From assembly GCA_965116875.1 (NCBI GenBank), contig OZ220733.1:5088001-5152000 (forward strand): DNA of 64,000 nt. The letters are read 5' to 3'. Below the pieces are notes generated by a model that was not told where the DNA came from, made no database searches, and saw only the letters and a program-made list of their open reading frames with translations. The position numbers and the translations under genes were made by a program. The first letter of the stretch is position 1. Each line of letters begins with the position of its first letter. The DNA is from Candidatus Latescibacterota bacterium. Lineage in GTDB: Bacteria > Latescibacterota > UBA2968 > GCA-2709665. Of the stretch, positions 18,882 to 30,035 are shown one piece after another.

Positions 18882-19526
18882 ATGAAACGAGAACGCTTTT
18901 CAGCATTGCAGGACAGCGGATTACAGCGCCTCCAGGCCGACCTGAACAGGATCAGGGCCCGGACGAAAACGCCGCGCTGGTCGCTGGCGCATCTGGCCGG
19001 GCGCCTCTGCGAACTCTCTTCCGGTTCAGGAGCCGGTCTGCTCACGGCTGCCTTCCGGCTGGTGCTGGATGCGCAGCTCGGGCATGAGCCGGTGGCCTGG
19101 ATCTCGGCCACGCCGGATACCTTCTTCGCCCCCGATGCCGTCGAAAACGGCGTGGACCTGAATGCCCTCGTCGTCATCCACGTGCCCAACGCCCAGTCCG
19201 CGGCGCGTTCGGCGGACCGGCTCCTGAGGTCGGGCGCCTTCGGCCTGATGGTGATGGACCTGCACACCGATCCCGCAATCCCGTTTCCGCTGCAGGCGCG
19301 CCTGGCCCACCTGGCGCGGGCCCACGACACCGCCCTGCTCTGCCTGACATCAAAAGCCAGGGAGACGCCTTCGCTGGGACCGATGGTCTGTCTGCGAGGG
19401 CAATCCTCCTGCCGGCGCATGGGGGTCGACCGTTTCCAGTACGATATCGAAATTCTGAAGGACAGACGCCATGGACCGGGTTGGCGCCACACCGAAATCT
19501 GCCGGGGGCCGGACGGCCTGCATTAA
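18882..19526 (+). CDS. imuA: RecA-like mutasome accessory protein ImuA
   Basis: Degenerate RecA-like core (GRLCELSSG, RLLRSGAFGLMVMDL); first gene of the cassette; alternative GTG start at 18825. Confidence 0.8.
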   Translation: MKRERFSALQDSGLQRLQADLNRIRARTKTPRWSLAHLAGRLCELSSGSGAGLLTAAFRLVLDAQLGHEPVAWISATPDTFFAPDAVENGVDLNALVVIHVPNAQSAARSADRLLRSGAFGLMVMDLHTDPAIPFPLQARLAHLARAHDTALLCLTSKARETPSLGPMVCLRGQSSCRRMGVDRFQYDIEILKDRRHGPGWRHTEICRGPDGLH

Positions 19527-20973
19527 TATCCGGGCGCTGCCGCTGCAACTCCTGCTGAGGAAACACCCGGAGTGGAAGCGAAGGCCGGTCGCCGTGGTGG
19601 AAAAAGAGAATCCTCAGAGCCCCATCCTCTGGGTGAACCCGGCGGCCGGCCGGGCCGGCATCCGCACGGGTATGCGCTATGCCGCGGCCCTTTCGCTGGA
19701 CCGGAACCTGTGCGCGGGAACGGTTTCCGAGAGGGAAATTCAGGCCGCGATGCGGCAGGTCCACCGGCTTCTGGACCGTTTCAGCCCCCGGATCGAGCCC
19801 TCCAACGACGAGCCCGGGATTTTCTGGGTCGATGCCGGCGGGCTCGACAAGCTCCATACCTCTCTTGAAGACTGGGCCAGGCAGATCGACGCCCGCCTTT
19901 CCCGGCTGGCGTTAAAGGCCGGCATCGTCGTCGGCTTCGGCCGTTTCGGCAGCTATGCCGTCGCCAGGTCGGCAAGCCGGGTGATCGTGTTCCCTTCCCC
20001 GGAGGTCGAGCAGACGGAAAGCCGCATGGTGCGGCTGCTGCATCTGCAGATCGACCCGAAGCTGCGCGACCGGCTCGAAAAACTGGCGGTCCATACCGTG
20101 AGCGACTTCCTGGCGCTTCCCGCGGGCGGCATTGTGCACCACCTCGGCGAGGAGGCCTGGAACCTCTACCGTTTTGCGTCGGGAACGCTGTCGCTGCCGA
20201 TTCAATCCCGAAAGATCCCAGAGCCCCTCCGCGTCCGGATAGACCTGGACGAGCCCGAATCCAATGCACGGAGTCTGCTTTTCTGGATCCGTCAGAGGCT
20301 GGATCCCCTGCTGCGGGCGACGGCGGCAAGGTGCCAGGCGGTGGCGGCCCTGCATTTGCAACTGCTGCTGGAAGACGGAGAACGTCATCGCCAGCGCATC
20401 CAGCCGGCAAGGCCCACCCTGGAGGCGCCGGTCCTGCTGGACTTGCTGCGTCTGCACCTGGAAACGGTCTCTTTCCGCGCTCCCCCGGTGGAACTGGCAC
20501 TCGAGGCGGAAGGCGTGTACGTCTCCGCCGAAACACTGGACCTGCTGCAGCAGAACCCACGCCGCAATCTCGAGGCGGCCCTGGATGCCCTGGCCCGGGT
20601 CCGCGCCGAGTTCGGCCCCGATTCCGTGCTGTCGGCCCGGCTCAAACCGGGACACCTGCCGGAAGCCCGTTTCGAGTGGCAGCCTTTCAGGAAGCTTGCC
20701 GCCGCCAGTCCCCGGCCGGTCCTCCTGCGCCCCCTGGTGCGGCGCGTCCACGCCTGCCCCGAACACCTGGAAGGGGCTTCCCTTTACCACGCGAAAAACC
20801 GGAAGCCGCCGCCGGGCGCGGGACATCCGCCGGGACACGCGATCAGCGGAGGATGGTGGCATCGGGAGATCCGGAGAGACTACCGGTTCATCAAGAACCA
20901 CCGGGGAGAGCGCCTCTGGATCTATTACGACGAGCAAACGCATCGCTGGTACGCCCAGGGCCGCGTCGAATGA
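19471..20973 (+). CDS. imuB: Inactive Y-family polymerase ImuB
   Basis: AGIRTGM...ALSL, FSPRIE, C-terminal GGWW...RDY...LWIYYD...WYAQG; lacks catalytic acidic residues; ATGA overlap with dnaE2. Confidence 0.88.
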   Translation: MDRVGATPKSAGGRTACINIRALPLQLLLRKHPEWKRRPVAVVEKENPQSPILWVNPAAGRAGIRTGMRYAAALSLDRNLCAGTVSEREIQAAMRQVHRLLDRFSPRIEPSNDEPGIFWVDAGGLDKLHTSLEDWARQIDARLSRLALKAGIVVGFGRFGSYAVARSASRVIVFPSPEVEQTESRMVRLLHLQIDPKLRDRLEKLAVHTVSDFLALPAGGIVHHLGEEAWNLYRFASGTLSLPIQSRKIPEPLRVRIDLDEPESNARSLLFWIRQRLDPLLRATAARCQAVAALHLQLLLEDGERHRQRIQPARPTLEAPVLLDLLRLHLETVSFRAPPVELALEAEGVYVSAETLDLLQQNPRRNLEAALDALARVRAEFGPDSVLSARLKPGHLPEARFEWQPFRKLAAASPRPVLLRPLVRRVHACPEHLEGASLYHAKNRKPPPGAGHPPGHAISGGWWHREIRRDYRFIKNHRGERLWIYYDEQTHRWYAQGRVE

Positions 20974-23900
20974 CCGCAACCCCCGCCCCCAATCCGCCCT
21001 ACGTGCCCCTCTGGTGCAAGAGCAACTATTCCTTTCTGGAAGGCGCCAGCCATCCCGAGGAACTGGTCGAGGCCTGCCGGCGGAACGGCCTTCCGGCCAT
21101 GGCGCTCACCGACCGGAACGGCGTGTACGGGATCGTCAGGGCCCACGTTCAGGCCCTGCAGGCGGGCATACACCTGATCGCGGGATCGCAGATCGGCCTC
21201 CGGGACGGATCGGAGATCCTGTTGCTGGCCCAGAACCGGAAGGGCTACGGCAATCTCTGTCGCCTGCTGACCGACGAACACCTGCGTTCCTCCAAGGGAA
21301 CGTGTACGCCGGGCCTGGATGAAGTCTGCCGCCGCAATCCCGGTCTGATCGCCCTGTGGATCGGCCGGGGCGGGCCGGAAGCCCCCGAGGAGAGCGGTCC
21401 GGAGCCCGTGCTGGAACGGCTCAAAACGGTATTCGGAGACCGCCTGTACATTCTGTTGGCCAGACACCGCCGGGCGGAGGAGATCCTGCGGGAAATCCGG
21501 CTCCGGGAACTGGCGGACCGGTTCAGCCTCCCCACCGTGGCCGCCGTGGAAGTCCTCTATCACACACCCGAACGGCGCCGCCTGCAGGACGTCCTCACCT
21601 GTATCCGGGAAGGCGTGACCCTGTCCACGGCCGGCCGGCGCATCCGGCCGAACGACCGGCACGCTCTGACGCCTCCGGACGACCTGGCCCGCCTCTTTGC
21701 AGACGATCCGGAGTCGGTCGGGCGGACCCGGGAAATTGCCGACCGCTGTTCCTTCTCGCTCCAGGAACTGCGCTACCGCTATCCGCTGGAACGCGTGCCG
21801 GAGGGCAAAACCTCCATCCAGTACCTGCACGACCGGACGTTCGAGGGCGCCGCGCGCCGGATGGGCGAAAAATTCGGGGAACAGATTCCACAACTGGAGA
21901 AGGAACTCGAACTGATCCAGGAACTGGAGTACGAAGGCTACTTTCTGACCATGTACGAGATCGTCGAGTACTGCCGCCGTCAGAAGATCCTCTGCCAGGG
22001 CCGGGGGTCGGCCGCCAACTCGGCGGTCTGCTTCGCCCTGGGGATCACCAGCGTGGACCCGACACAGGTGGAGCTTCTCTTCGAACGCTTTCTTTCCAGG
22101 GAGAGGGCCGAGCCACCGGATATCGATCTGGATATCGAACACAACCGGAGAGAAGAAGTGATCCGGCACATGTACGAAAAGTACGGGCGCGACCGCGCCG
22201 CCATGGTGGCCAACGTGGTGCGGTACCGGTACCGATCCGCCATCCGGGAAGTGGGCAAGGCGCTGGCGGTTTCAGCAACCAGCCTGGACCGCCTGGCCAA
22301 GCTGGTGTCCCATGAAAACTGGAGCGATGCCTTCATCGCGCAGGCCGGGCTCGATCCTCAAAACCCGGCCATGCGCCATCTCGCTTCGCTGGTGGAAGAG
22401 ATCCAGGATTTTCCCCGCCACCTCTCCATCCATCCCGGCGGCTTTCTGCTGGGCCATCGCCCCGTCCACGAACTGGTGCCCATCGAGAACGCCGCAATGG
22501 ACGGCAGGACGGTCATTCAATGGGACAAGGAGGACGTGGAGCAGGCCGGCCTGTTCAAGGTGGACCTTCTGGGGCTGGGCGCCCTCACCCATCTGCATCT
22601 CTGCTTCGATCTCATGCGGGAGCACCGCGGGCAGGACATGTCTCTGGCCACCCTTCCCCGGGCCGATGCGCCGACCTTCGATATGATCTGCCGCAGCGAT
22701 ACCGTGGGGGTGTTTCAGATCGAAAGCCGGGCGCAGATGGCCATGCTGGGGCGCCTCAAGCCGCGCAGTTATTACGACCTGGTCATCGAAATCAGCATCG
22801 TGCGTCCCGGCCCCATCACGGGGGGCATGGTGCATCCCTATCTGAGACGGCGCAACGGGGACGAGGAAGTCGACTATCCCCACCCTTCCCTCGTTCCCGT
22901 CCTCAGGAAAACCCTGGGCATTCCCCTGTTTCAGGAACAGGTGATGCAGCTGGCCATGGTTGCGGCCGACTACACCCCCGGCGAGGCCGATCAGCTCCGG
23001 CGGGACATGGCGGCATGGCGACGTTCCGGACGCATCGAGCGGCACCATCGCCGGCTCGTCACCCGCATGGTCAAAAAGGGCATCGAACGCGAATTCGCCG
23101 AACGCATCTTCAACCAGATCCGCGGCTTCGGCGACTACGGCTTTCCCGAGAGTCACGCCGCCAGCTTTGCTCATATCGCCTATGCCACCGCCTATCTCAA
23201 ATGCCACCATCCGGCGGAGTTCGTCTGCGCCCTGCTGAATGCCCAGCCGATGGGATTCTACGAGCCCGCCACCATCGTCAACGACGCCCGCAGGCACGGA
23301 ATCGCCGTGCGTCCCGTCTGCATACGCGAAAGCGACTGGGACTGCACCCTCGAGCCGGCCGCATCCCGCACGTCGTCCGCTCCGTTCGCCGTGCGCATGG
23401 GGCTGCGTTACGTCAGCGGACTGGGCGACGCGGACGGACGCCGGCTTTCGGACACCGCGAGGAAGCGCCCTTTTCAGGATCTCCAGGACGTCGCCCGGCG
23501 CGGCGGACTTCGCCAGGACAAGCTGGAGACCCTGGCCGAGGCGGGCGCCTTCGAGTGTTTCGGCCTGGACCGGCGCGGCGCGCTCTGGCAGGTCCACGGT
23601 ATCGCAACCCGCGAGGTGCCGGCGCTGCCGGTGAACAACCACGTTTCGCCGCCCCGGTTCCCCCCCTGAGCGGGTTGGAGACCGTTGCCTGGGACCACGA
23701 GGCCGCCGACCATAGCACCCGGGGACACCTCCTGAAACCGCTGCGCTCCCAGCTGGCCGCCCGGAAACTGCCCACCGCGCGCCAGATCAGCCGGATGCGG
23801 GACGGACTCCGGGTTCGCTACGCGGGGATGGTCATCTGCCGCCAGCGACCGGGAACCGCGAAGGGCGTTACCTTCATGACTCTGGAGGACGAGACGGGGT

Positions 23901-24088
23901 TTGTGAACCTGGTGATCTGGGAAAGGACGTTCAAGCGCTATTCTATGCTGGCCAAAACGCTTTCCTGCATGGGCGTGACCGGAAAACTGCAGGTGGGAGA
24001 GGGCGTCACCCACCTGGTGGTTGAAAAAATCTGGAAGCCGAAGCTGGATACGCGAGCGGCCCGCCACAAGAGCCGGGATTTTCATTGA
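20970..24088 (+). CDS. dnaE2: Error-prone DNA polymerase DnaE2/ImuC, frameshifted at the C7 tract 23660-23666
   Basis: [51 protein letters not shown]. The frame stops at 23669, but the -1 frame continues with [20 protein letters not shown] and terminal SRDFH. Confidence 0.93.
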
Positions 24089-24196
24089 CACCCTTTCCCG
24101 GAAGGCCGAAATTGCACGGAGCATTCAACACGACCCGGATCGCAAACCCCCGGACGGCGTACCCGGGTCGCCAGGACAACCGGAGGAGATCAACCA

Positions 24197-24883
24197 ATGT
24201 GCGGGCGTTTCACGCAGATGATGACCTGGCGCGAACTCCATGAGCTTTACGCCCTGGCCGAACCCCTGGCGCTGCCGGACCTGCAGCCCCGCTACAACGG
24301 GGCCCCCACCCAGGACTTTTCGGTATGCCGCCTTGACGAGAACGGCGACCGGGTGATCGCCAGGCTCCGCTGGGGGCTGGTGCCCGGATGGGCCAGAGAC
24401 ATCAAATTGGGCGCGCGCATGATCAACGCCCGGTCCGAGACCGTACACGAAAAACCGGCATTCGGCGCGGCATTCCGCTCTCGGCGCTGCCTGGTGCCCG
24501 CCGACGGATGGTTCGAATGGCAGCGGGCCGGGCACGGCAAACAGCCCTACTTCCTGGCGCTCGCAGACGGGTCGCCGCTATCCTTCGCCGGGCTGTGGGA
24601 ACGCTGGGACAAGGGCGGAGACACCCTCGAGTCCTTTTCCATCCTCACCACCGCCGCCGACGCGCCGCTGGCGGACATCCACCACCGCCAGCCCGCCATC
24701 GTCAATCCGGAACACTTCTCGGTCTGGCTCAACGAAGAATCCCCCGCCGATACGCTCCTCGACCTGGCCCGCAAACCCCGCGCCGGCCCATACGAAATCC
24801 GCGCCGTCAGCACCCGCGTCAACAGCGTCCGAAACGACGACCCGGATATCCTCACGCCCATGTCCCAGCAGCGGCTGTTCTAG
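24197..24883 (+). CDS. SOS response-associated peptidase (SRAP/HMCES family)
   Basis: N-terminal MCGRF, INARSET, RRCLVPADGWFEW, IHHRQP. Confidence 0.95.
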   Translation: MCGRFTQMMTWRELHELYALAEPLALPDLQPRYNGAPTQDFSVCRLDENGDRVIARLRWGLVPGWARDIKLGARMINARSETVHEKPAFGAAFRSRRCLVPADGWFEWQRAGHGKQPYFLALADGSPLSFAGLWERWDKGGDTLESFSILTTAADAPLADIHHRQPAIVNPEHFSVWLNEESPADTLLDLARKPRAGPYEIRAVSTRVNSVRNDDPDILTPMSQQRLF

Positions 24884-24898
24884 GCAGGCGCCAATCGC

Positions 24899-24921
24899 AC
24901 CCGGGAAACCGGGCTTTTTTG
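24899..24921 (+). terminator. Intrinsic terminator
   Basis: cccgg-gaaa-ccggg followed by ctttttt. Confidence 0.65.
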
Positions 24922-25042
24922 CGAGTTTTCGGGTTGACCGGACAATTGACCCGTCGTATATAGAAAAGAACCAAATATCTGAGAACAACGGAGACCTTCG
25001 AGGCACAGACTTCGAGATTTGCAAAATTCGGCGAATATCGAG

Positions 25043-25357
25043 ATGAATGCTGAAATCAAGGCGTCACCAGACCACCTGAAGGCATTGTGCGAACGATGGG
25101 GGGTCGTTGAAATGGCGTTGTTCGGCTCCGCATTGCGCGATGAGTTGGGTCCCGAAAGCGATGTCGATATACTCATCAGCTTCGATAACGAAGCACGGCC
25201 AACGCTCCTGGATATGGTGCGCATGGAAGATGAACTGACGGAATTATTCGGCCGGCCAGCCGATCTTCTGGAACGTGACGCAATCGAGGCCAGCGGCAAT
25301 TCTATTCGCCGCAAAGCCATCCTTGGATCTGCGGAGACGATTTGTGCGGCGAAGTGA
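25043..25357 (+). CDS. Minimal nucleotidyltransferase (MntA-like antitoxin)
   Basis: LFGSALRDELGPESDVDILI (GSx10DxD), LFGRPADL. Confidence 0.88.
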   Translation: MNAEIKASPDHLKALCERWGVVEMALFGSALRDELGPESDVDILISFDNEARPTLLDMVRMEDELTELFGRPADLLERDAIEASGNSIRRKAILGSAETICAAK

Positions 25358-25472
25358 AGCCTACTTGCTGAACATGCCGATCCATGCGCGCAAGGCCATT
25401 CAATTCGCCTCCGGATTGACGTACGAACAATTCACACAGAGCGATCCTCACCAGTACGCAAACTACACGTAG
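25344..25472 (+). pseudogene. Truncated HEPN/DUF86 toxin
   Basis: MRRSEAYLLNMPIHARKAIQFASGLTYEQFTQSDPHQYA resembles a DUF86 N-terminus; overlaps the MNT stop; early TAG and no RxxxxH motif. Confidence 0.7.
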
Positions 25473-25679
25473 ATTGAAGTCACCCAGCGGAACATTACAC
25501 CACCCCACCACCTGCATCCCTGACCTGAAAACCCTTGGCAGAGGTTTCGCCCGGTCCGATCCTGCGGGTCTTTCCCGCGACCCCGTGAAGCTCTTCACTC
25601 GTCGCCTGCAGAATCCTTCTCACCCCAGCTCCTGTCGCATCCTGACGGCGGCATTATCATGTCCCTTCCGCGAACTCCG

Positions 25680-27173
25680 ATGGCGCAAGAATCGTTGAGA
25701 ATCTTCGCGATTGCGGCGATATTCGTCTGTATCAGCACGGACACGTGCCTCGCGTACCGCCTCATCGGATCGGAATCCCTCTCAGACGCCCTCGTCGCGC
25801 ATCACTATACCATCAATGGCAGGCTCGACGCTGTCATCGTGGTCGACCCGACGATCCCAACCTTCGAATATCAGACGTTCTACGCCATGGGTTCCGCCGA
25901 TGAACCGGAAGGACAGCAAGGAAAACTACACTTTCTCGAGCATCTCATCGCAGGCACGGGAAGCCGCCCACCGGGAGAACTCAATCGACTGATCCAACAG
26001 AATGGAGGCGAACATCAAGCTTTTACGGGATATCACATGACGTATTTTACGATGAGATTCCCCCGGGATAAGCTGGCTCTCGCAGTGGAGATTGACCGGG
26101 ATAGATACTACAGTACTCTGATCAACAAGGATGTCGTGGAACGCGAAAAGAGAATCGTATTGACGGAACACAGCAGGCGCGTTACCGACCGACAGAGACG
26201 TTTCTTCAACCAGATGGCGGGCCTGGCTTACGGCAAGCAAACATTCGATGGTCTTGGATCCGAGAAGTTTATCGAAGGAATCGGACACGGCGATCTGAAT
26301 CAGTTCTTTCATAATATTCTGCGCCGGAAAAAGCGTATGGTTGTCGTCATCGGTGACATTGATGTGGATGACGTCCTCACGAAGCTGGCCGAAGCGTTTC
26401 CTGACGAGCGCAATCGAAGGGGAGGTGGATCACCATTAACGCGGCTTCCCAAGCCTGTTGCTCTCGGTGAAAGATTCGACGTGAAATTCAAGGGCCTTGG
26501 CGTATCCAGATTTATGAAGACCTGGCGTATTCCTCCAATGACCCATCGCGATCACGCGAGCTTTTACATTCTGGTTTCCATTCTGAAGAGGCCCTCGAAC
26601 TCGCTGAACGCCTCTCTGCTGGATTCGCAAATTGTGGATGAGTCCATCATAGGCGTTGGCAACTACAGAGGTTTCAGTCTCATGATTTTCAGTGTCGAGA
26701 TGCCCGCTGTCACATCAACGGACGCCATAGAAGCGGAAATTGTGGATGAGTTGCGGAAGTTGGAGACAGCCGGCGTCCGAGATATCGACCTGATGGCTGC
26801 CAAGAGTATACTATCGCGTCAACTCTATTCGGAATTCAGCGACAGGTCGAGGATAGCCCATTGGTTCGGCGTAGCTTTCGCACAGGACGGCGATCCCCTC
26901 CATTATCCCCGGTTTATCCGCCAGATCCAGTCAGTCAGTGCGGGAGACGTCGAACGAATCATCGGCCAATACCTGTCTGAGGAGAATTCAATAACGCTGT
27001 CGTGGACTCGAAAGGAAACACGGTGGACCAAAGAAGAGATATTAGGCGCATTTGTCATTTTCGGCGCTCTCGGCGTGATTTTTTTTGGCATTATCTGGGC
27101 TTTCAGAAAGGATATCCCGAAATCTACATCTGAGATCGTTAACGATGATGAAACACACAAATACCACATTTAG
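25680..27173 (+). CDS. M16 family zinc peptidase with C-terminal TM anchor
   Basis: GSADE...HFLEH inverted zincin motif, EREKRIVLTE, signal peptide, C-terminal hydrophobic helix. Confidence 0.82.
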   Translation: MAQESLRIFAIAAIFVCISTDTCLAYRLIGSESLSDALVAHHYTINGRLDAVIVVDPTIPTFEYQTFYAMGSADEPEGQQGKLHFLEHLIAGTGSRPPGELNRLIQQNGGEHQAFTGYHMTYFTMRFPRDKLALAVEIDRDRYYSTLINKDVVEREKRIVLTEHSRRVTDRQRRFFNQMAGLAYGKQTFDGLGSEKFIEGIGHGDLNQFFHNILRRKKRMVVVIGDIDVDDVLTKLAEAFPDERNRRGGGSPLTRLPKPVALGERFDVKFKGLGVSRFMKTWRIPPMTHRDHASFYILVSILKRPSNSLNASLLDSQIVDESIIGVGNYRGFSLMIFSVEMPAVTSTDAIEAEIVDELRKLETAGVRDIDLMAAKSILSRQLYSEFSDRSRIAHWFGVAFAQDGDPLHYPRFIRQIQSVSAGDVERIIGQYLSEENSITLSWTRKETRWTKEEILGAFVIFGALGVIFFGIIWAFRKDIPKSTSEIVNDDETHKYHI

Positions 27174-28488
27174 AGTCGGGTTATTCTGTATCGCTTTTGC
27201 GCTGCCGGCGGTCGCCCGTGAACTGAACAACCATTTGTATTATCGAAGTGACATTCGGGCACCCGTAACCCGGCTGGGAATTGTATTCCTTGGAGCCGGA
27301 AGCAACCGCGACGGGCATTCAAGAAACGGGCTTGCGGAGACTGTCGCGGAACTGATCCTGTACCTATCGAAAAAGCAGGGTCATATGGCTCGATTGGAAG
27401 GATTGGGCGGGGTTCTCGATGTCGATACGTATTTCGATTTTCAGGTTATATCCATGACCACACTTTCCAGGAATCTCGAAGCATCCATAGATATCGTGCG
27501 TGACCTGATGCAGCACCTGGATTTCGACGAATTCGACCTTCATGAAGCACAGAGGAAGTTGAGCGAACTCTACGAAGAGTCCCGGCGGTCCGGCACCCAC
27601 AGCCTTGTGAAGAACTATGCGCTTGCACGGACAATTGGCACGCAGAGATTCTACTCTCGGAGAGCGATGGAAAATCTGACCCTGGAGGACGTCAGGGAAT
27701 ACTGCTCCGGGCTCTTGAAAGCAGATGTTGTCTACTTCACGGCGATCTCTGACGTCGACTCGACAGAAATCCGGGAGTCACTCGTTCCAATCACGGCGGT
27801 CCGAGAGACGGGGGGGTTTATGCATTTGCCGGTGGACCGTGAGAACGAACGCCTTCCCGGGCATACCGCATTCGTGTTTGAGCATTACTCGCATTTGAAG
27901 AGCCTGAGCGGGTACTGGCTGATCCCCTGCGGGACGTTCAGAGAAGACAACTACGTTCCAAACATGGTTTGTAGTGCACTCGGGGAATTTCCCGCTCGCG
28001 GGCTGCTTTTCAGACATCTGAGAGAAGAGCTGGGATTGGTCTACGGTTCCGGCTGCGAATCAGGTGGCTGGGATGCGGTCAGATCTCTCGAGATTTATGC
28101 GAATTCCAGACTTGAAAACAGCGAGAAACTCATCCTGGAAATTCACGAAATCATCACCGGGCTTGCAGACAGCCAACGCTTCTGGGAGATCGTCGCTGAA
28201 TTGCGCCAGAACCCTGACTTCGCCGGGGCCGGTTTTCACGATGAATTGACGCTGCAGCGCAAAATGACCCGGGAGGTGGATCAGGCCATCTTCAAATTTC
28301 CGAGACGGGACGAGGGTTACAAATCCGTTACAGATTCCGAGATCAGGACATTTCTCAGGAAATACTTCGTGGAAGAAAATATGGTCATGTTGTTCTTCGG
28401 ACCTAAGGACCGCATCATCGAAATGCTGGAAAGACATTGGCCGGATATCACCATTCACGTACAGCCCGTAGAGAAAGCCATCGAATAG
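27145..28488 (+). CDS. M16 family inactive partner subunit
   Basis: GAGSNRD...GLA without HxxEH; LFRHLREELGLVYG (R/Y pair motif); overlaps the upstream M16 gene. Confidence 0.8.
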   Translation: MMKHTNTTFRVGLFCIAFALPAVARELNNHLYYRSDIRAPVTRLGIVFLGAGSNRDGHSRNGLAETVAELILYLSKKQGHMARLEGLGGVLDVDTYFDFQVISMTTLSRNLEASIDIVRDLMQHLDFDEFDLHEAQRKLSELYEESRRSGTHSLVKNYALARTIGTQRFYSRRAMENLTLEDVREYCSGLLKADVVYFTAISDVDSTEIRESLVPITAVRETGGFMHLPVDRENERLPGHTAFVFEHYSHLKSLSGYWLIPCGTFREDNYVPNMVCSALGEFPARGLLFRHLREELGLVYGSGCESGGWDAVRSLEIYANSRLENSEKLILEIHEIITGLADSQRFWEIVAELRQNPDFAGAGFHDELTLQRKMTREVDQAIFKFPRRDEGYKSVTDSEIRTFLRKYFVEENMVMLFFGPKDRIIEMLERHWPDITIHVQPVEKAIE

Positions 28489-28510
28489 ACCCGCATCCCC
28501 CAACCCACCC

Positions 28511-29893
28511 ATGACCCGCCCTTTAGCCCCCTCCGACTCCGATCCCACCCCCTCCCACCAGACACCGGTCCTGCGCCAGGTCTGGGCCATCGCGTGGCCC
28601 GTTGTGGCCGCGTCGATGCTGGACGCCATGGAGGGGCTTGTGGACATCTCCATGGTGGGGCAACTGGGGCCCGCCGCGATATCCGCGGTGGGACTCAGCC
28701 GGCAGGTCCTGTTCGTGATCATGGTCATGGCGATATCGGTCAGCACCGGATCACGGACCCTTGTCGCGCAATTCTACGGGGCAGGTCGACGCGAGGACCT
28801 CAGCCATACGGCACAGCAGGCGATCCTGATGGGGGTCCTGCTGTCGGCGGGCCTGGCCCTTGTGGGGAGCGCGATCGCCCGGCCGGCCCTGGTTCTGCTC
28901 GGCGCGCAGGAAGACGTGCTGGCGCACGCGGTGCCCTTCATGCGCGTCTACTTCGTCGGCATCGTGTTCATGATGCCCAATTACATCATCGGCGGGATTT
29001 TCGGCGGCACAGGGGATACGCGGACGCCGCTGAAGATCTCGTGTCTCATCATTTGTCTGAAAATCCCGCTCACGTACGGCCTGATCTTCGGGGCATGGGG
29101 CCTGCCCCAGCTGGGCGTCACCGGAGCGGCGTTCGGCAGCGTCGTCTCGAGGGCGGTGGGCTGCGCCGTCGGCGTCTACCTGCTGACGTCCGGCCGTTCG
29201 AGGGTGCACATGCGGTGGAACTGGCGGCTTCCGTTCAACCGGGACATCATCGGGCGAATGATGCGCATCGGCGTGCCGACGGGGGTGCAGGGCTTCTTCC
29301 GGAATGGCGCAAGGATTCTGATCTATCGCGTGGTGGGGTGGACGAGCCGGCCCACCGCCGCGACTGCCGCGCTGACCATCGGATTGCAGATGCGGATGAT
29401 CGGCATCATGCCGGCCCTGGCGTTTTCCGTGGCGGCAACCGCGCTGGTGGGACAAAGACTGGGCGCGAAACAGATTGGCGAAGCCGAACGCTTTGCCGCA
29501 TACACGATCCGGCTGGGCATGGCGTTCATTGCCGTTTCCGCCGTCATCATTTGTGTCTTCGCGCGGGAAATCGTCGACCTGTTCACAGATGCCGCGGCAG
29601 TGATCGACATGGGATACGTGATGCTCCTGTACTTTACCGCCGCCCAGGTCTTTTCCGCACTGTCCATCGTGGTTGGAGGCGTACTGGCGGGCGGCGGCGA
29701 GACCCGGCCCCTGCTCTACTATACCATTGTGGCGCAGTGGCTGTTGATGCTGCCGCTGTCCTGCGCACTGGCGTTTACCCTGAATATGGATGCGACGGGG
29801 ATCTGGATCGCCTGGTTCATCGCCGGCGTCGCCCAGGGTGTTCTGGCCTGGTCCCGTTATCGGAAGGGCGTGTGGAAACAGACGGTGATCTGA
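28511..29893 (+). CDS. MATE family efflux transporter
   Basis: DISMVGQLG, GTGDTRTPL, LGVTGAA, LVGQRLGA; about 12 TM segments. Confidence 0.93.
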   Translation: MTRPLAPSDSDPTPSHQTPVLRQVWAIAWPVVAASMLDAMEGLVDISMVGQLGPAAISAVGLSRQVLFVIMVMAISVSTGSRTLVAQFYGAGRREDLSHTAQQAILMGVLLSAGLALVGSAIARPALVLLGAQEDVLAHAVPFMRVYFVGIVFMMPNYIIGGIFGGTGDTRTPLKISCLIICLKIPLTYGLIFGAWGLPQLGVTGAAFGSVVSRAVGCAVGVYLLTSGRSRVHMRWNWRLPFNRDIIGRMMRIGVPTGVQGFFRNGARILIYRVVGWTSRPTAATAALTIGLQMRMIGIMPALAFSVAATALVGQRLGAKQIGEAERFAAYTIRLGMAFIAVSAVIICVFAREIVDLFTDAAAVIDMGYVMLLYFTAAQVFSALSIVVGGVLAGGGETRPLLYYTIVAQWLLMLPLSCALAFTLNMDATGIWIAWFIAGVAQGVLAWSRYRKGVWKQTVI

Positions 29894-29943
29894 AGAAGAT
29901 GCGCATGCTGAGTGCGAAAGGGAGAGGATGTGGCGAAGCTAAG

Positions 29944-29967
29944 CAGGGCGCCCACAAGGGACGCCCC
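29944..29967. repeat. REP-like palindrome remnant
   Basis: cagggcgcccacaagggacgcccc imperfect hairpin between convergent genes. Confidence 0.45.
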
Positions 29968-30035
29968 GGCACAACCGGAAAGGCATTTGAAGTCGAAGGC
30001 ATACGAACGGAATCCACGAACTCCCCGGTGATTCT

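Noticed and set aside
20331-20969. 213-aa N-terminal extension of DnaE2
   Set aside because: It is an alternative frame of imuB; the PHP-like sequence begins just after ATG 20970, which overlaps the imuB stop.
22520-24088. Independent 522-aa gene overlapping dnaE2
   Set aside because: Only the last ~140 codons are protein-like, and they are the frameshifted DnaE2 C-terminus.
18882-24883. imuA-imuB-dnaE2-SRAP as a novel system
   Set aside because: This is a known SOS mutagenesis cassette; only its operator and the frameshift are noteworthy.
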